The notes under the pieces are model-generated. The model did no database searches. It had not been told where the DNA came from and saw only the letters and a list, made by a program, of their open reading frames with translations. This document shows, in pieces, positions 61,864-64,000 of a stretch of 64,000 nt of DNA. The stretch is from positions 132,686-196,685 of the forward strand of contig CAXMWX010000011.1 of NCBI GenBank assembly GCA_963422205.2. The letters run 5' to 3'. The position numbers and the translations under genes are program-made. This DNA comes from Gammaproteobacteria bacterium. GTDB taxonomy: Bacteria; Pseudomonadota; Gammaproteobacteria; Eutrophobiales; Eutrophobiaceae. Each line of letters begins with the position of its first letter. Within the stretch, counting starts at the first letter, position 1.

Positions 61864-61899
61864 ATTGGCTGGCCGATTAGCTGGCTGATTGGCTGCCCG
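61864..61899. repeat. Three imperfect 12-bp tandem repeats
   Basis: attggctggccg attagctggctg attggctgcccg. Confidence 0.7.
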
Positions 61900-61954
61900 G
61901 CACAGGCTGGCTCACCAGAGACAGGGTTATGCTGCAAAGACAGGCATTTAAATT

Positions 61955-61997
61955 TGTGATGTCGTTCACGGAATTTTCCTGAAGCAGCTACCATACT
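61955..61997 (+). promoter_or_regulatory. Putative CRP/Vfr site and -10 box upstream of the FHA gene
   Basis: TGTGA-N6-TCACG at 61955-61970 with AT-rich flanks; CATACT at 61992-61997. Confidence 0.6.
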
Positions 61998-62036
61998 TGG
62001 TCACGTCTATAACCAACCGAGCAGAGAGAATCTACG

Positions 62037-62924
62037 GTGAATGTTATGTTGGATAAATTTTTTACAAACCCGTTGGAATTGCAAATAGGAGAGCAGAGTT
62101 TTAAGTTCCACTCCGTTGCAGATTTCGAATTTGCCATGGCAGGCCGTACCTCAGTACCATCACAAAAGATCACTGAAATAGTGAAACTCTCCACCAAAGA
62201 GCTAAAGAAAGAAGCAAAAGCAATCAAGCATATTGAAAAACGCTTTGTCAGCATTTTATCAGCCTCGTTAGTGGACGCACAAAACATCAGCCGCTCCATG
62301 CGGCAATTAGATCTGCTTATTTTCTCATCAGATCACAGCTGGCGGGATATTATCAATGCCTTGAATAAAGGCGGCAATGAGTTCAATGCGTTTCGCCGTG
62401 TTGCCATGGTCAAGTACATGCAGTACCTGTCCTCCAGGCAGGACATCATCAAGTATATGTACAAGGAGAAAAACCGGCAGGAGAAGGGAGCTGGAGAGGC
62501 CGCAGATGATGCCCCCTTTAAAGAAACCTTGCTCCTGGACGATGTGGTCTTCGAGCCTTGCATTGATAAGTCTACCGGTGCTGCATTTGAGCGCATGCCC
62601 AAGGGCGAGGCGGTGACACTTACCCTGCCGTTGCAATCAGAAATGGAAGTCAGAATTTCCAAACATACGTGCAGGATTGTCGTGCTTGATGGCAAGGTAA
62701 AATTCATTGATCAGAATGGCAAAACCTACGATCTGCCCAAAGGCCGCAACATTATCGGCCGAGACAGTGTCAGCAGCATCATGCTCGATTCCAGCCTGTG
62801 TGATGTATCACGCCTGCATCTGATCGTGGAGAACTTTGACAACAACACCTTGCAGCTAACCGATCTGTCATCCCATGGCACGTTCATTCCCGACAGCTAC
62901 ATGGAGTCGCACTCAGCCTACTAG
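62037..62924 (+). CDS. FHA domain-containing protein with unrecognised N-terminal domain
   Basis: IIGRD...DVSRLH...DLSSHGTF FHA signature. Confidence 0.85.
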   Translation: MNVMLDKFFTNPLELQIGEQSFKFHSVADFEFAMAGRTSVPSQKITEIVKLSTKELKKEAKAIKHIEKRFVSILSASLVDAQNISRSMRQLDLLIFSSDHSWRDIINALNKGGNEFNAFRRVAMVKYMQYLSSRQDIIKYMYKEKNRQEKGAGEAADDAPFKETLLLDDVVFEPCIDKSTGAAFERMPKGEAVTLTLPLQSEMEVRISKHTCRIVVLDGKVKFIDQNGKTYDLPKGRNIIGRDSVSSIMLDSSLCDVSRLHLIVENFDNNTLQLTDLSSHGTFIPDSYMESHSAY

Positions 62925-63132
62925 GGCTACCAGGGACACTGGCAGCTTCAGCGCCAGCCGCACCCATCTTCAATCTCTGGGGGTCTTCCAAGGCCCCCGG
63001 AGGGTCTCATCAACGCTATCAGCGACACCTTCCCCCCAGAGTGATAAATGAATAATGGTAATATAAATATAATTACTTATTATTTTATAGAATAAGCGGA
63101 ACCCGCTATAGTGCATCACCCCGATCAAGCTG

Positions 63133-63891
63133 ATGATTGCAATGCACGAGCAAACGATGCCCATGACAACCACCGCATTTGACGCCGACAGGCTGGCCGA
63201 GGACTATGCCGATAGATCGCCCCAGGATATTCTCATCCTCGCCGTTGAGCAATTCGATGCACTCGCCATCTCTTTCAGTGGTGCTGAGGATGTCGTGCTG
63301 ATCGATATGGCACATCAGATACGACCGGGGATCCCGGTATTTTCGCTGGATACCGGCCGACTCCATCCTGAGACCTACCGCTTCTTAGAACAAGTGAGGC
63401 AGCATTACCGTATTGATTTGGACATCCTCTCGCCCGATGCCGCCATATTACAGGATTTTGTCAGGCAGAAAGGACTGTACAGCTTCTACAGAGACGGCCA
63501 CAGGGAATGCTGTAGCATCAGGAAAGTCATGCCATTGCGAGGTAAATTAGCCACCCTTGATGCCTGGGTAACCGGCCAGCGGCAGGATCAGAGCCCGGGT
63601 ACACGCATGAACATCGCCGTGGTAGAGCAGGATAGGGCCTTCTCATCCGCCCACAAGCCGTTGATTAAATTTAACCCGCTGTCACGCTGGACTTCCGCAG
63701 ACGTGTGGAACTATATCAGGGAACATGATGTGCCCTATAATGATCTGCATAACAGAGGCTTTATGAGTATTGGCTGTGAGCCATGTACCAGAGCGGTACT
63801 GCCCAATCAGCATGAGCGTGCCGGGCGCTGGTGGTGGGAGCAGGAGAGCGTGAAGGAATGCGGCCTGCATCCAACCCGCCCGGAGCGATAG
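63133..63891 (+). CDS. cysH: Adenylyl-sulfate (APS) reductase, CysH family
   Basis: SFSGAED, LDTGRL, CC and CEPC Fe-S ligands, ERAGRW, ECGLH. Confidence 0.93.
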   Translation: MIAMHEQTMPMTTTAFDADRLAEDYADRSPQDILILAVEQFDALAISFSGAEDVVLIDMAHQIRPGIPVFSLDTGRLHPETYRFLEQVRQHYRIDLDILSPDAAILQDFVRQKGLYSFYRDGHRECCSIRKVMPLRGKLATLDAWVTGQRQDQSPGTRMNIAVVEQDRAFSSAHKPLIKFNPLSRWTSADVWNYIREHDVPYNDLHNRGFMSIGCEPCTRAVLPNQHERAGRWWWEQESVKECGLHPTRPER

Positions 63892-63894
63892 AAC

Positions 63895-64000
63895 ATGCAC
63901 ATCACCATGGTAAAAAAGCGCACCCCGGATGGCGAGCCATGCGCGAAATGTGCCGAGGTTGAGCGGAAGTTAATTGATGCCGGGCTGATGGATCGCATCG
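63895..64000 (+). CDS. CxxC thioredoxin-like hypothetical protein (partial, runs off window end)
   Basis: Manual translation MHITMVKKRTPDGEPCAKCAEVERKLIDAGLMDRI; starts 3 nt after the cysH stop. Confidence 0.65.
   Translation, partial: MHITMVKKRTPDGEPCAKCAEVERKLIDAGLMDRI

Noticed and set aside
62975-63002. G-U-rich hairpin after the FHA gene as a terminator or REP
   Set aside because: No U-tract, and no second copy noticed in the window

Overview
This window is 64 kb of a moderately GC-rich Gammaproteobacterial chromosome and consists mostly of core genes: sohB, avtA, glxK, lgt-thyA, GTP-PEPCK, uvrA/ssb, pyk, cysI, zapE, rmuC, oxyR, degQ, hsp20, coq7, rplM-rpsI-tRNA-Gln, rph-rdgB-hemW, yicC-gmk-rpoZ-spoT-ridA-recG-ubiA, birA-coaX, sseA and cysH. 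I saw no CRISPR array, integrase, transposase or rRNA. The strongest candidate for a novel system is a single-gene fusion of a beta-class N6/N4 DNA methyltransferase to a C-terminal HNH nuclease. It is inserted between spoT and ridA and apparently has a leaderless promoter. Other notable items: a membrane Ser/Thr kinase with a periplasmic dCache sensor, a CRP-site-controlled FHA protein, a secreted TonB-C-domain-only protein, an RND pump splitting rdgB-hemW, an RpoZ with a His-rich 12-bp-repeat tail, and many short tandem duplications. All calls come from reading motifs by eye; no database searches were run.
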